Origin: Octopus sinensis
Taxonomy: Eukaryota
Assembly: GCF_006345805.1 (NCBI RefSeq)
Contig: NW_021824697.1
Coordinates: 1 to 38,000, forward strand
Reading direction: 5' to 3'
Length of the DNA: 38,000 nucleotides
In this document: one piece after another, positions 1 through 12,379 of the stretch
How the letters are laid out: every line of letters begins with the position of its first letter
Numbering within the stretch: the first letter of the stretch is position 1
Notes under the pieces: generated by a model
Databases searched by the model: none
Told to the model about the DNA's origin: nothing
What the model saw: the letters and a program-made list of their open reading frames with translations, nothing else
Translations under genes and position numbers: made by a program

Positions 1-139
1 GAGACTGACAAAATAAGTACCAGGCTTTAAAAAGTAAATAAATAAATCCTGGGTTCGATTTGCCCAACTTAAGTGATTTAAAGTGGTGCTGCAGCATGGC
101 CAAAGCCTAATGACTGAAACAAGTAAAAGAAAAATGAAA
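1..139 (+). mobile_element. 3' part of a SINE (family ending ...gcatggcca...tgactgaaacaagtaaaaga), truncated by the window start
   Basis: The tail aataagtaccagg..ggggttcgatt..gtggtgctgcagcatggccaaagcctaatgactgaaacaagtaaaaga recurs in reverse at 899, 1781, 6861 and 31795. Confidence 0.75.
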
Positions 140-145
140 AACATA

Positions 146-178
<33 letters not shown>

Positions 179-513
179 ATACACATATATGTATACACAC
201 ACACACACAATACACATATATATACACATAAATACATAAATACACATACAAATTTAAATACGTATATACATATATATATATATTGTGTGTATATATATAT
301 ATATATGTATAAATATGCACATATGTGTGTGTGTGTATACATCTTCCACGTGTACATGGAAGATGAATGTTAAGCGACAATGATGACGATGGTGTATAAA
401 TATACATATCTATATGTATGTATAATTAATACACACACATGCAAATATAATATATATACACAGACATATACAAACTTGCATATATGTATATTATATATAT
501 ATATATATATATA

Positions 514-575
<62 letters not shown>

Positions 576-890
576 TATATATATACATATTTTATACAAG
601 GTCCAAGAGTTTCATGCGTTGGAACTTTTCAATGTTTGATAATTGCCAATGCATGAAACTCTCAGCCCTTGTGTCACTGATAAATATTTATAAATACATA
701 CATATACTCATATTTTGAAGAATATTTTTCCTGTTTGCATCAACATATATGCATATATATATATATTTAAGTATGTATGTATATATATGTATAAATGCCT
801 TTATGATATATGTGTATTATATATGTGTATATGTATATATATGACACATATTACTATAAATGCACATATATTTATGAGTGTATGGATGTG
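140..890. repeat. Compound (TA)n/(CA)n microsatellite-rich region
   Basis: Direct reading. It explains the YI/HT/VC-repeat ORFs at 78-954. Confidence 0.9.
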
Positions 891-898
891 TGTGTTTT

Positions 899-1139
899 TC
901 TCTTTTATCTTCTGTCTTTTACTTGTTTCAGTCATTAGGTCGTGGCCATGCTAGAGCACTGCCTCCAAGAACTTTAGTTAAATGAATTGAGAACAGGACG
1001 TATCTTTTATTTTAAGTCTGGTATTTATTTCATCAGTCTCTTTTGCTGAACCACTAGGTTACTAAGAATAAAACAACACTAACACTAGTTGCCAAGAAGT
1101 AGCAAGGAACAAACACAGACACAAAGATCCACACAAATA
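899..1139 (-). mobile_element. SINE fragment (same tail family)
   Basis: tcttttacttgtttcagtcattaggtcgtggccatgctagagcactgcc is the reverse complement of the tail at 1-139. Confidence 0.75.
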
Positions 1140-1200
1140 TTTATGTGTGTGTGTGTGTGTGTGTGTATGAAAATGAGATGACAAAGGGGAAAACGATTAC

Positions 1201-1377
1201 CTTATAAACTTCATTAGCTCAAATTAGTTTCTGCTATAAGATGGATCCTGTAGCTTCACCGGAGCCTCTCTTCATATTCGAGGCTCTGATGAAACTGTAA
1301 GGTGTTACTTAAGCACTCAATTATAACTCCACTGCTTCCCATAGCAGAAACAGCTGTAAGCTAATAAGGTTCATAAG
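1201..1377. repeat. Imperfect inverted repeat, ~40-bp arms; possible old MITE
   Basis: cttataaacttcattagctcaaattagtttctgctat (from 1201) matches the reverse complement of ~1341-1377, cttatgaaccttattagcttacagctgtttctgctat. Confidence 0.5.
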
Positions 1378-1585
1378 ATAATTGTTTTTTTTTTCCTTTG
1401 TCATCTCTTTGTCTTTTCACCACTCCATACTCAGCCAACACTTCTTTGTCTGAAGCATACTGAGTATATTGAGTTCTACACCAGATAATTAGTCGCACTA
1501 TGCCTAAGCGAAATAATAAAGCACAAAACTTCCATCTGGAAGAGAACTAACAACAACAAATCCTTTGACACTGGAAAAACCTACA

Positions 1586-1656
<71 letters not shown>

Positions 1657-1693
1657 GTATATATATATATTGTGTGTGTATATATATATGTGT

Positions 1694-1759
<66 letters not shown>

Positions 1760-1780
1760 GCATATATATACATATAATAT

Positions 1781-1990
1781 CCTTTATTCTTTTATTCTGT
1801 TACTTGGTTTCAGTCATTTGACGGTGGCTAAGCTGGAGACTGCCTTTAGTTGAACAAATCGACTCTGGGACTTATTCTTTGTAAGCCTTATTTGTAAGCA
1901 GTGTCTATTGCCAACTGCTAAGTTTTGGAGATGTAAACACCCAACACACACCAACATGGTTGTTCGTGATGGTGGAGTGAGGGGGGGGAC
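1781..1990 (-). mobile_element. SINE fragment (same tail family, decayed)
   Basis: cttttattctgttacttggtttcagtcatttgacggtggc..gcctttagttgaacaaatcgac..cttattctttgtaagcct is homologous to 899-1139 and 6861-7030. Confidence 0.7.
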
Positions 1991-2048
1991 ATATGCATAC
2001 ACACACACACATGCACACCACATATATATGTAAATATACATATATATA

Positions 2049-2091
<43 letters not shown>

Positions 2092-2098
2092 ATATATA

Positions 2099-2135
<37 letters not shown>

Positions 2136-2142
2136 TAAATAA

Positions 2143-2507
2143 GGAGGTGCAATGGCCCAGTGGTTAGGGCAGCGGACTCGCGGTCATAGGATCGCGGTTG
2201 TGAGTGTTTATTGAGCGAAAACGCCTAAAAGCTCCACGAGGCTTCCGGCAGGGAATGGTGGTGATCCCTGCTGTACTCTTTCACCACAACTTTCTCTCAC
2301 TCTTCTTCCTGTTTTCTGTTTGTACCTGTATTTCAAGGGGCTGGCCTTGTCACTCTCTGTGTCACGCTGAATATCCCCGAGAACTACGTTAAGGGTGCAC
2401 GTGTCTGTTGAGTGCTCAGCTACTTACACGTTAATTTCACGAGCAGGCTGTTCTGTTGATTCGGATCAACCGGAACCCTCATCGTCGTAACCGACGGAGT
2501 GCTTCTC
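2143..2507 (+). mobile_element. tRNA-derived SINE, GC-rich, near full length
   Basis: It has a tRNA-like head with A box (tggcccagtggttagggc), a GC-rich body retaining CpGs, and abrupt ends in (TA)n on both sides. No canonical GTTCGA B box follows the A box. Confidence 0.7.
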
Positions 2508-2520
2508 ATATATATATATA

Positions 2521-2620
2521 CGCTGAGCTTCTTTCAGCTTCTACTTACAAAATCCACTCACAAGGCTTTGCTTGGCCCGAGGCTATAGTTATGAAGCAAG
2601 CTTCTTCCCACACTGCCACG

Positions 2621-2622
<2 letters not shown>
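2521..2622 (-). mobile_element. Short tRNA-SINE fragment with internal deletion
   Basis: The reverse complement cgtggcagtgtgggaagaagcttgcttc-ataactatagcctcgggccaagcaaagccttgtgagtggatt..gaagctgaaagaagc begins with an A-box-like head. A related head fragment that includes the B-box region is at 34262-34330. Confidence 0.55.
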
Positions 2623-2687
<65 letters not shown>

Positions 2688-2740
2688 CACACATATGTTT
2701 CAGAACCCCTGGATGTGTAATTAAAGATTTTGAACCCGTA

Positions 2741-2909
2741 ATATATAGTCTAATGACTAATTCGTTTTTGTGCTAGGCCACTGGTAATAATAATTTCTTA
2801 TTACCCTATTGTTATTTATTATGTTTATATATATATAATATATATATAGATAAAACTTAGATATGTTTCGGCCAAAGATTGGTCCAGGCCATATATATGT
2901 GTGTGTGTG

Positions 2910-2965
<56 letters not shown>

Positions 2966-3700
2966 TATGTGTGTGTATTTATATATGTATATATATATCT
3001 ATATATATATATGTATGTGTGTGTGTGTGTGTATATATATATATGTATATACACACACATATATATATATAACTTATAAACAAGGGCAATATATATATAT
3101 ATTGCCATGATAGATCGTTAGCCACTACACACATTTTTTTCTCTCCTTGTCTTTTTCTGTGACCCTTTCTGTAGAAGAGCGTAGGCTCGAAACGTAAAAG
3201 ACTTTTTCTATTCCTGAGCATTATACTAATACATCTGTTTGTTTTGTACACCACCTGTCTTCGTCTTTTGTCTTTTTCATAAACTCTCCCTATATATATA
3301 CACACACAAAGGAATTTTATTTAATTCTTTCGCAGGAAGGGCTAGTTCGATGAGTCGTGTTCTGTCCTTACCTTCAAAACACGCATGGAGTCGAACTAGG
3401 GACAGCTGATGAAGGGGAATTTTCCTTGTATTGTTTGTCTTGTACTCTGTTTTTTCGTTGTTAAAAAAATTGGTCCGTTCCATGCTTGTTTTTACTTTTT
3501 CGTTTCTCGTTGAGTTTTACGTCTATTTGTGGTGTCCTGTACTCACGTATATATATTTATATATGCATGTATATATATGTACATGTAGATCTAGGTACGT
3601 ACATATATGTATGTATGTATGCATATATTTTGTTTATTAATTTATTGCATGACTGAGCGCCCTCGCGTCGTTTCATTTCTTTTCTGTTCTCCAAGAAAGT
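2741..3700. mobile_element. Cluster of probable Penelope-like-element terminal-repeat fragments interleaved with microsatellites
   Basis: Contains the motifs ctgtagaagagcgtaggctcgaaacgt (+, 3169-3195), atggcc..ggccgaaacat (-, 2860-2892) and ctgatgaagggg (+, 3406). These are the CTGAnGAAG-hairpin-CGAAAC pattern characteristic of Penelope terminal repeats. No Penelope ORF was seen. Confidence 0.45.
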
Positions 3701-3701
3701 T

Positions 3702-3734
<33 letters not shown>

Positions 3735-3735
<1 letters not shown>

Positions 3736-4061
3736 CATCATCATCATCGTCGTTTAACGTCCGTTCTCCATGCTAGCATGGGTTGGACGGTTCGACCGGG
3801 GTTCTGGGAAGCCAGAAGGCTGCACCAGGCTCCAGTCTAATTTGGCAATGTTTCTACAGCTGGATGCCCTTCCTAACGCCAACCACTCCGTGAGTGTAGT
3901 GGGTGCTTTTTACGTGCCACCTGCACAGGTGCCAGGCGGGGCTGGCAACGGCCACGGTCAGATTGGTGTATTTTATGTGCCACCGGCACGGAAGCCAGTC
4001 GAGGCGGTGCTGGCATCGGCCACGAGTCGGATAGTGCTTTTTACGTACCACCAGACCAGGG

Positions 4062-4062
<1 letters not shown>
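3735..4062 (-). mobile_element. Young SINE with (GAT)n tail and internal ~65-bp tandem units
   Basis: GC- and CpG-rich. The minus strand ends ...aacccatgctagcatggagaacggacgttaaacgacgatgatgatg. The same tail recurs at 33312-33448 and, decayed, at 5543, 6097, 9711, 11053 and 23117. Orientation is inferred from the simple-repeat tail. Confidence 0.75.
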
Positions 4063-4955
<893 letters not shown>

Positions 4956-5387
4956 TATATGTTTCAGAACCCCTGGATGTGTAATTAAAGATTTTGAACC
5001 CGTAACATCAAGCCGATAGCTGGGAGACATTTAAACAGAGAGCAAGAGGCTATAAGCCACATTAACAAGTAGACGTTGTGTGAAGAGAGAGACAGAGTGA
5101 TTCATTGCTGAATCTTAAAGGAGTGTCATTACTATAAACAGCTGAATGAATTCCCAACAACATGGCTACTGTCACTTGGCTGGCTGTTGGTGATTGATGG
5201 AGGAAGGGAAATGAAATGTCTTTTAATATTTGGGGAGAGAAATGCTGTTAGTGTTTGGTTGGTGAGCGAATAATCTTATTGTGTGTATGTGTGTGCGTGC
5301 ACGTCTGTCCTCATGTATTTAGAGATGCTTATAGACTTGCATATACGCACACAAATACATACACACATATATGTATATACATATATA

Positions 5388-5426
<39 letters not shown>

Positions 5427-5435
5427 GCATATATT

Positions 5436-5476
<41 letters not shown>

Positions 5477-5542
5477 GCATATATTCATATATATATGTAT
5501 ATATATATGCATATATGCATATGTAATCACATATGAATATAT

Positions 5543-6097
5543 ATCATCATCATCATCGTGATTTTCATCATTTGATTGTCCACCTTGCCATGCTTGCTTG
5601 GGTTTCATAGTATTTCGTGAAGCAGATTCTCCATGGCCAGATGCATTCATCCATTTCCATGTAAGGTAATATTTCTCCATGACCAGACATGTTTATTGGA
5701 AGACTGGAAATGAAGGACACCACTTATATAATGGTGGCTCTCATTTACAGCTCTCAAACGATGTCATGAAAAAGAGAGACACACACAAACACACACACAC
5801 ACACACATATACACACATGCACACATACACATGCATGCACATGCATGCACACACATGTGCATGCATATTTGCATGTTTGTATCACTTGGCCTTGACATCC
5901 TGGGATAGTTGTAAACGAGTGTCACCATCATACAGTCTTCCATGGAAACATGCTTGGTCATGGGGAAATATTCTGTTGCTTGGAAACAGGTGGAGGTTGG
6001 TGACAGGAAGAGCATCCACCTGTATAAATTGTGCCTCAATAAATTCTGTCTGACCCTTTCTTAACATGGAAAAGGGCCTTGGTGATGATGATGAGGA
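5543..6097. mobile_element. Two decayed copies of a related (GAT)n-tailed repeat in inverted orientation (5543-5778 and 5880-6097) around a (CA)/(TGCA) microsatellite
   Basis: Both contain aatatt(t)c(t/c)ccatgacca..catgttt..tggaagactg and ..tttaca(g/a)ct..gatgtca. One has (CAT)n at its left end and the other (GAT)n at its right end. Confidence 0.6.
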
Positions 6098-6860
6098 TCA
6101 TATCTATCTATATATATATATATATATATGAAAGAAATTGCTGTATACAGAGCACAGGTACACTACAGCATATGTATCTATGTAAGTATATATGTATGGC
6201 ATGTTTTATGTAAGTGTACGAGTGAGTTGGTGTGTTAATGCAAGTGTTTGTTTGTAAGACTCCATACTGCTCAATAAGAGACACAGTTATGAAAGACAGT
6301 AAACCGCTGTAAAAGTATACAAAGTGTTTCATCTGTTGACATAAGATTAATTTGCTTCTAGTTTCTAGTCTTCACAGACCTTCATCAGGAAAAGACAGCC
6401 ATCTTCTGTTCACAGAGATATCAGTAACTGATGGCTATTTAGAGTGTACACAAACTAGTTCAAAACTAAGCTTATCAATCTAATTTGCATAATAGTCCAA
6501 GTGATGACAACAGGGATAATTAACTAATTGTTTGGATAAATAGAAACTGTTTTTATTAGTTTGCAGAAGAGAAAAGTCTGAGGACATCAACGACAGGAAC
6601 CAATGGTACGTAGAGGCAAAGAGTAGTCCAGCCGGCTGAGGTTCAAGATGACAGGACAGCAGAAAACTTGATACCTCATGCTCTGCTTTCTCTGCTCAGA
6701 GAGAGATGGGAAAACATCATTCAGTAAAACCAGCTTGTATATTTTTGAGTGGGTGTATATAATATATTTCAGTGTAAATTACCTGGAAATGTTGTGTAGT
6801 GTATGAGGAAGGAATAATTAAAGGAGTTAGTACACACACACACACACACACACCAAATAT

Positions 6861-7030
6861 CTTTTATTTTTTTCTTTTACTTGTTTCTGTCATTTTACTG
6901 CAGCCATTCTGGAGCACTGTCTTAAAGGGCTTTTGATTGAAGAAATTGACCCCCAAGACTTGTTATTTGTAAGCCTAATATTTATTCTATTGGTCTCTTT
7001 TGTTGAACTGCTAACTTATGGGGCATCTTC
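6861..7030 (-). mobile_element. SINE fragment (tail family of 1-139)
   Basis: tcttttacttgtttctgtcattttactgcagccattctggagcactgtcttaaaggg..gaaattgacccc..tttgtaagcct. Confidence 0.7.
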
Positions 7031-7159
7031 ATCATCATCATCATTGTTTTATATTTGCTGACACACATACATGCATACATATGCATATCTCAATTTTTTT
7101 TTGAGAAAACACTTGTGCACTGAAGATGTGGCTATGCTCCATCTCTGAAAGCTGGAGTC

Positions 7160-7610
7160 AATATCTCATCAGGCAGTGAAGTAGCTCTGTAGGTGTTTTG
7201 GTCCCTTCCAATGCCACATCAGAACTACCCAGACCCATCCATTGATATAACTGACAAAACTCCCATACAACAACACAAACTTTGTGACTCTGGGCCAGAT
7301 GTTTCTACCATCCTCACTGCTTGTTCTCTCTGCACCACTCATCATCTCTCTTGAGCCAGACGTAATTCCTTGCTTTCTCAGTGGCTTCCAACAATTTTCT
7401 GGCAACATTTTTTTGCTCTTTTGCAGTTAATCTTAGACTTCTGACTATGGAATGAATCCCAGTTCTCCCAAATCCTCTAACACCCATCTTTACAGGAAAG
7501 CATTTATCTATACATTAAATCGTCATCGTCGTCTTTTGTTAGCCATATTCTGTGCCAGAAGTCTTCACATGTAACCAAAAGTTTTGGGCTTCATGAATGT
7601 TTCCACTTGC
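7160..7610 (-). mobile_element. 3' remnant of an RLE-type non-LTR retrotransposon, HERO/NeSL-like
   Basis: Minus frame ~7511-7314 translates IDKCFPVKMGVRGFGRTGIHSIVRSLRLTAKEQKNVARKLLEATEKARNYVWLKRDDEWCRENKQ*. This resembles the conserved C-terminal pattern PVEVGCRGF...EAAERASxWLWxKR..W of HERO-like elements. The ORF is absent from the track because it has no early start codon. Confidence 0.65.
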
Positions 7611-8204
7611 TGCTCTTATATTTAACAAGAACCATTAAATGCGGAAGATCAATCAGTTTGGCTTAAAAGCAACTTCTGTCTTGGAAATGCAGGCATATAT
7701 TATAGAAAGCCTAAAAATACCAATAAGGTTTTGTATGTTTTTTTTATTAGCATGTGTGTGTGTGTGTGTGTGTATGCACTCATATATATATATATATGTT
7801 ACTGTGATGTTTTATGCTTATGCATTTTTCCTCTGTTTTTTTGGTTTTTTTAACAAAAAGAATAAAGGAGCCCTGCTTATCATTCATAGTTTCACCAATA
7901 ATCTGAACATGTGTGTCTCAGACACACACACACACACACACGAGAGTCTTGGAAATGATAATATAGTGGTTTTAACGCTTCTTCTTTTTATTTCTCAACC
8001 AATTTCCAGAGCCCAAGAACATATTAAAACTGAAATGGAGAACAAACAAGATTTACTTATTTCCATAGAGTTGTGCCTGGTTCTTTATAATCTTCTTTAT
8101 TTTGGCTGCAAGTTGCCCCCCACACACACACACATCACCACAAACTGTGGCAGAGAATAATAATTGTAATAAGTTTATTACCTCAAGTTATTATGGCAGA
8201 TTGT

Positions 8205-8243
8205 CACACATACACACATATACACACACGCACACACATACAT

Positions 8244-8318
<75 letters not shown>
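8205..8318. repeat. (CA)n microsatellite
   Basis: Long, near-pure CA array. Confidence 0.95.
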
Positions 8319-8321
<3 letters not shown>

Positions 8322-8971
8322 GAGTGGTGTTATTGCTTTTGTAATAATAACTGGTGTCTTGTAAATAATGGTAAATAAGATTCCAATGAATTTAAGACCA
8401 TGGTCTTCATGCTGTTTTCTCCTTCTTATTCTTAATAACTATTTTGACAGTTTCCAAGGAGGGTGACTTTCTCAATTTAACCATCCATTGGTCTCGCTTA
8501 CAGAATAATCTTTAATTATCAATTGAAACCATCATCAGCATCTTCGTCATCATCGTCATTGTTGTTGTTGATGATGAATATGAAAATATATATTTGCTGT
8601 CAAAAAAGGGTTTGAATTAATTCACACTCATTCACAGCTATATGCATACACAGCTATATGCACACACACGTGTGTGCGTGTGTGTGTGTGTGTGTGTATA
8701 CATATCTTTTTCATCCTCTTTATCTCTCAATATACTCCCAGTAAACTCTACAAACCATAAATGGCAATTTCTTCCGAGTAGAACTGCATTGCTTTTGGAG
8801 TTTTGTTGAGTCTGAGAGGAGATCCAATCCATGTTTCCTACACCTATTATGGTTTTATTATATTTATTATATTAATACTACTATTACAGTTTCTATTCAT
8901 AATATATTTCCTACACTCTAATGAAACATGTGTAACAGGGAATTAAAAATATAGCAAATTTTCCAGTATTT

Positions 8972-9006
<35 letters not shown>

Positions 9007-9656
9007 TGCATGTATTTGCTGCAAATTACTTTTTGTTTTCTACCGCTCTCTCTTACTATCTTAAGAGTTTAAGTAACAAAGTTACTCTAATATTCTTGCA
9101 TATTGCTCTACCAATTACACCACTCAGTGTTGTACAACTGCCACAATAGTAGATATTCTACTACACTTTTATATATATATATATATATATGATTTCATTC
9201 TAAATAAAATACATTGATATATAATAAAAATAGTTTATAAATGATATCAATTACAGTTGTTTTTCTCAATAGAAATGCATGGGAAATACGTATCAATTCA
9301 ATTGCTTGTCTTATGCATATTTCTAATACCATGTATTATATATCTGATAATATCTTGTGTTATACACACATCTCTAATATCATCTATGATACACACCTCA
9401 AATATTATATATTCCCTAATATGAAAGCTAAAAAGTAAGCATTATACATGGAGTTTTATAGTAATCTTTAATCTTAAACCTATTCATTTCTCTTTAAAAC
9501 ATTCCCAATATTTGTTCAGGTCTGCAAACAATTCATTCCTTACCAGATTCTTCAATGAATTTAAGATGTATTTAACTGATTACTAAATGCTTTTTAAGTG
9601 TATTTACCAATCAATTTGTAAATATTATAAAACTCAAACAAAATGTATTCAGAATA

Positions 9657-9710
<54 letters not shown>

Positions 9711-11018
9711 ACCCATGCTAGCATGGAAAGTGGATGCTAAACGATACATGCTTATGTAAGTATGTATTACAAAGGTAAAAAAAATGTATTTAGACAAAAC
9801 AATGATAATATTTTTCAGATATTGCCAAAAGTGAAAGCGTTTTCCTACCTATAGTGGATGGATAACCAAATATTTTGAACTCATCAGCTAGGATCCTTTC
9901 GTATTCTTTTCCTACAACAAGATAAAGAAAAAGAAAAAAAAATAATAGAGCAAAAGTATGACAAAAGGAAGAATAGTTATCAATATTTGAACATTCAATT
10001 GCCGTTGAAGCTGTAGGTTAGATGTTCTAATTGATGGCCATTAATTTCCAAGTGTTCATGTTTGGATTCCTTAGTGAAGAAAGCTATTTAGAAGCAAAGC
10101 AAACAATTTCACTTGAATATCATTAATACATTTGAATCTTTGTGAATAGGAATTACAATAATTAAGAAAGAGTTTTGATTGCTCGGGAGATACGAACCAT
10201 ATAATAAATGTCAAATCTGATCTTTATAGGAACATGAATTGCAAATGATGGTGATATTAAAAAAGGATGTGTTATTGAAGTGTTAAACAGGTTTATATTT
10301 GGTTCATTAAATTGAAGAAATGTTCGATGACAATTAGAATAACAAACACTAATGGCACACAGAATTTATTCAATCGCCTGTTTTGATTATATAATGGCAA
10401 TCACAGAATGGTGATTTTTTTTTATTCCTTCTTCTCTCAATACGAATCTTCTGGTGTCAAGTCAATCATGAGTCAATCAATGGAAGATGACAGATCAAGG
10501 TTTCAAACATCCCCATTGCCGTTTATTTTCTCTGCTATTATGGTTTTGCTATTATTTAAATTCAGACTTTTATAAAAGTTTGAGGTGGGGAAGGGAGGAG
10601 CATCATTTAATCGTTGGGTGTTCCTTTAACTGTTGATTACATAGAACAGTGAAATAAAAGTAGTTGTGAATGTGACTGAGACAAGTTCAATATGATGGGT
10701 CTCCTAACAGCAAGAGTATTTCAGTTCGTGTATGGCAGTAAAACAACTCAGGTTTACATTTGTTTCAACAATTCAACATACTCATTCTCTCTCTCTCTCC
10801 CTACTCTATTTCTCCTCTCTCTCATATATAAATATATGCATTACATATGCATATATACAACATACATTACATATATATATATATACACACACACACACAT
10901 ATATATATATACATATATGTATATAAATACATACAAACATACATACATACATACATATATATATGTATGATGTATATTCATACATACCTACCTACAATAC
11001 ATACATACATACATACAT

Positions 11019-11052
<34 letters not shown>

Positions 11053-12209
11053 ACCCATGCTAGCATGGAAAGTGGATGCTAAACGATACATGCTTATGTA
11101 AGTATGTATTACAAAGGTAAAAAAAATGTATTTAGACAAAACAATGATAATATTTTTCAGATATTGCCAAAAGTGAAAGCGTTTTCCTACCTATAGTGGA
11201 TGGATAACCAAATATTTTGAACTCATCAGCTAGGATCCTTTCGTATTCTTTTCCTACAACAAGATAAAGAAAAAGAAAAAAAATAATAGAGCAAAAGTAT
11301 GACAAAAGGAAGAATAGTTATCAATATTTGAACATTCAATTGCCGTTGAAGCTGTAGGTTAGATGTTCTAATTGATGGCCATTAATTTCCAAGTGTTCAT
11401 GTTGGATTCCTTAGTGAAGAAAGCTATTTAGAAGCAAAGCAAACAATTTCACTTGAATATCATTAATACATTTGAATCTTTGTGAATAGGAATTACAATA
11501 ATTAAGAAAGAGTTTTGATTGCTCGGGAGATACGAACCATATAATAAATGTCAAATCTGATCTTTATAGGAACATGAATTGCAAATGATGGTGATATTAA
11601 AAAAGGATGTGTTATTGAAGTGTTAAACAGGTTTATATTTGGTTCATTAAATTGAAGAAATGTTCGATGACAATTAGAATAACAAACACTAATGGCACAC
11701 AGAATTTATTCAATCGCCTGTTTTGATTATATAATGGCAATCACAGAATGGTGATTTTTTTTTATTCCTTCTTCTCTCAATACGAATCTTCTGGTGTCAA
11801 GTCAATCATGAGTCAATCAATGGAAGATGACAGATCAAGGTTCAAACATCCCCATTGCCGTTTATTTTCTCTGCTATTATGGTTTTGCTATTATTTAAAT
11901 TCAGACTTTTATAAAAGTTTGAGGTGGGGAAGGGAGGAGCATCATTTAATCGTTGGGTGTTCCTTTAACTGTTGATTACATAGAACAGTGAAATAAAAGT
12001 AGTTGTGAATGTGACTGAGACAAGTTCAATATGATGGGTCTCCTAACAGCAAGAGTATTTCAGTTCGTGTATGGCAGTAAAACAACTCAGGTTTACATTT
12101 GTTTCAACAATTCAACATACTCATTCTCTCTCTCTCTCCCTTACTCTATTTCTCCTCTCTCTCATATATAAATATATGCATTACATATGCATATATACAA
12201 CATACATAC

Positions 12210-12240
<31 letters not shown>

Positions 12241-12277
12241 TATATATATATACATATATGTATATAAATACATACAA

Positions 12278-12308
<31 letters not shown>

Positions 12309-12379
12309 TGTATGATGTATATTCATACATACCTACCTACATACATACATACATATATATATATATATTATATATATAT

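Noticed and set aside
1286-1320. CTGATGA core after a hairpin, as a hammerhead
   Set aside because: No GAAA follows a plausible stem II.
7120-7160. CTGAAGA..hairpin..GAAAGC, as a hammerhead
   Set aside because: Stem II register does not fit the core spacing, and there is no stem I or UH site.
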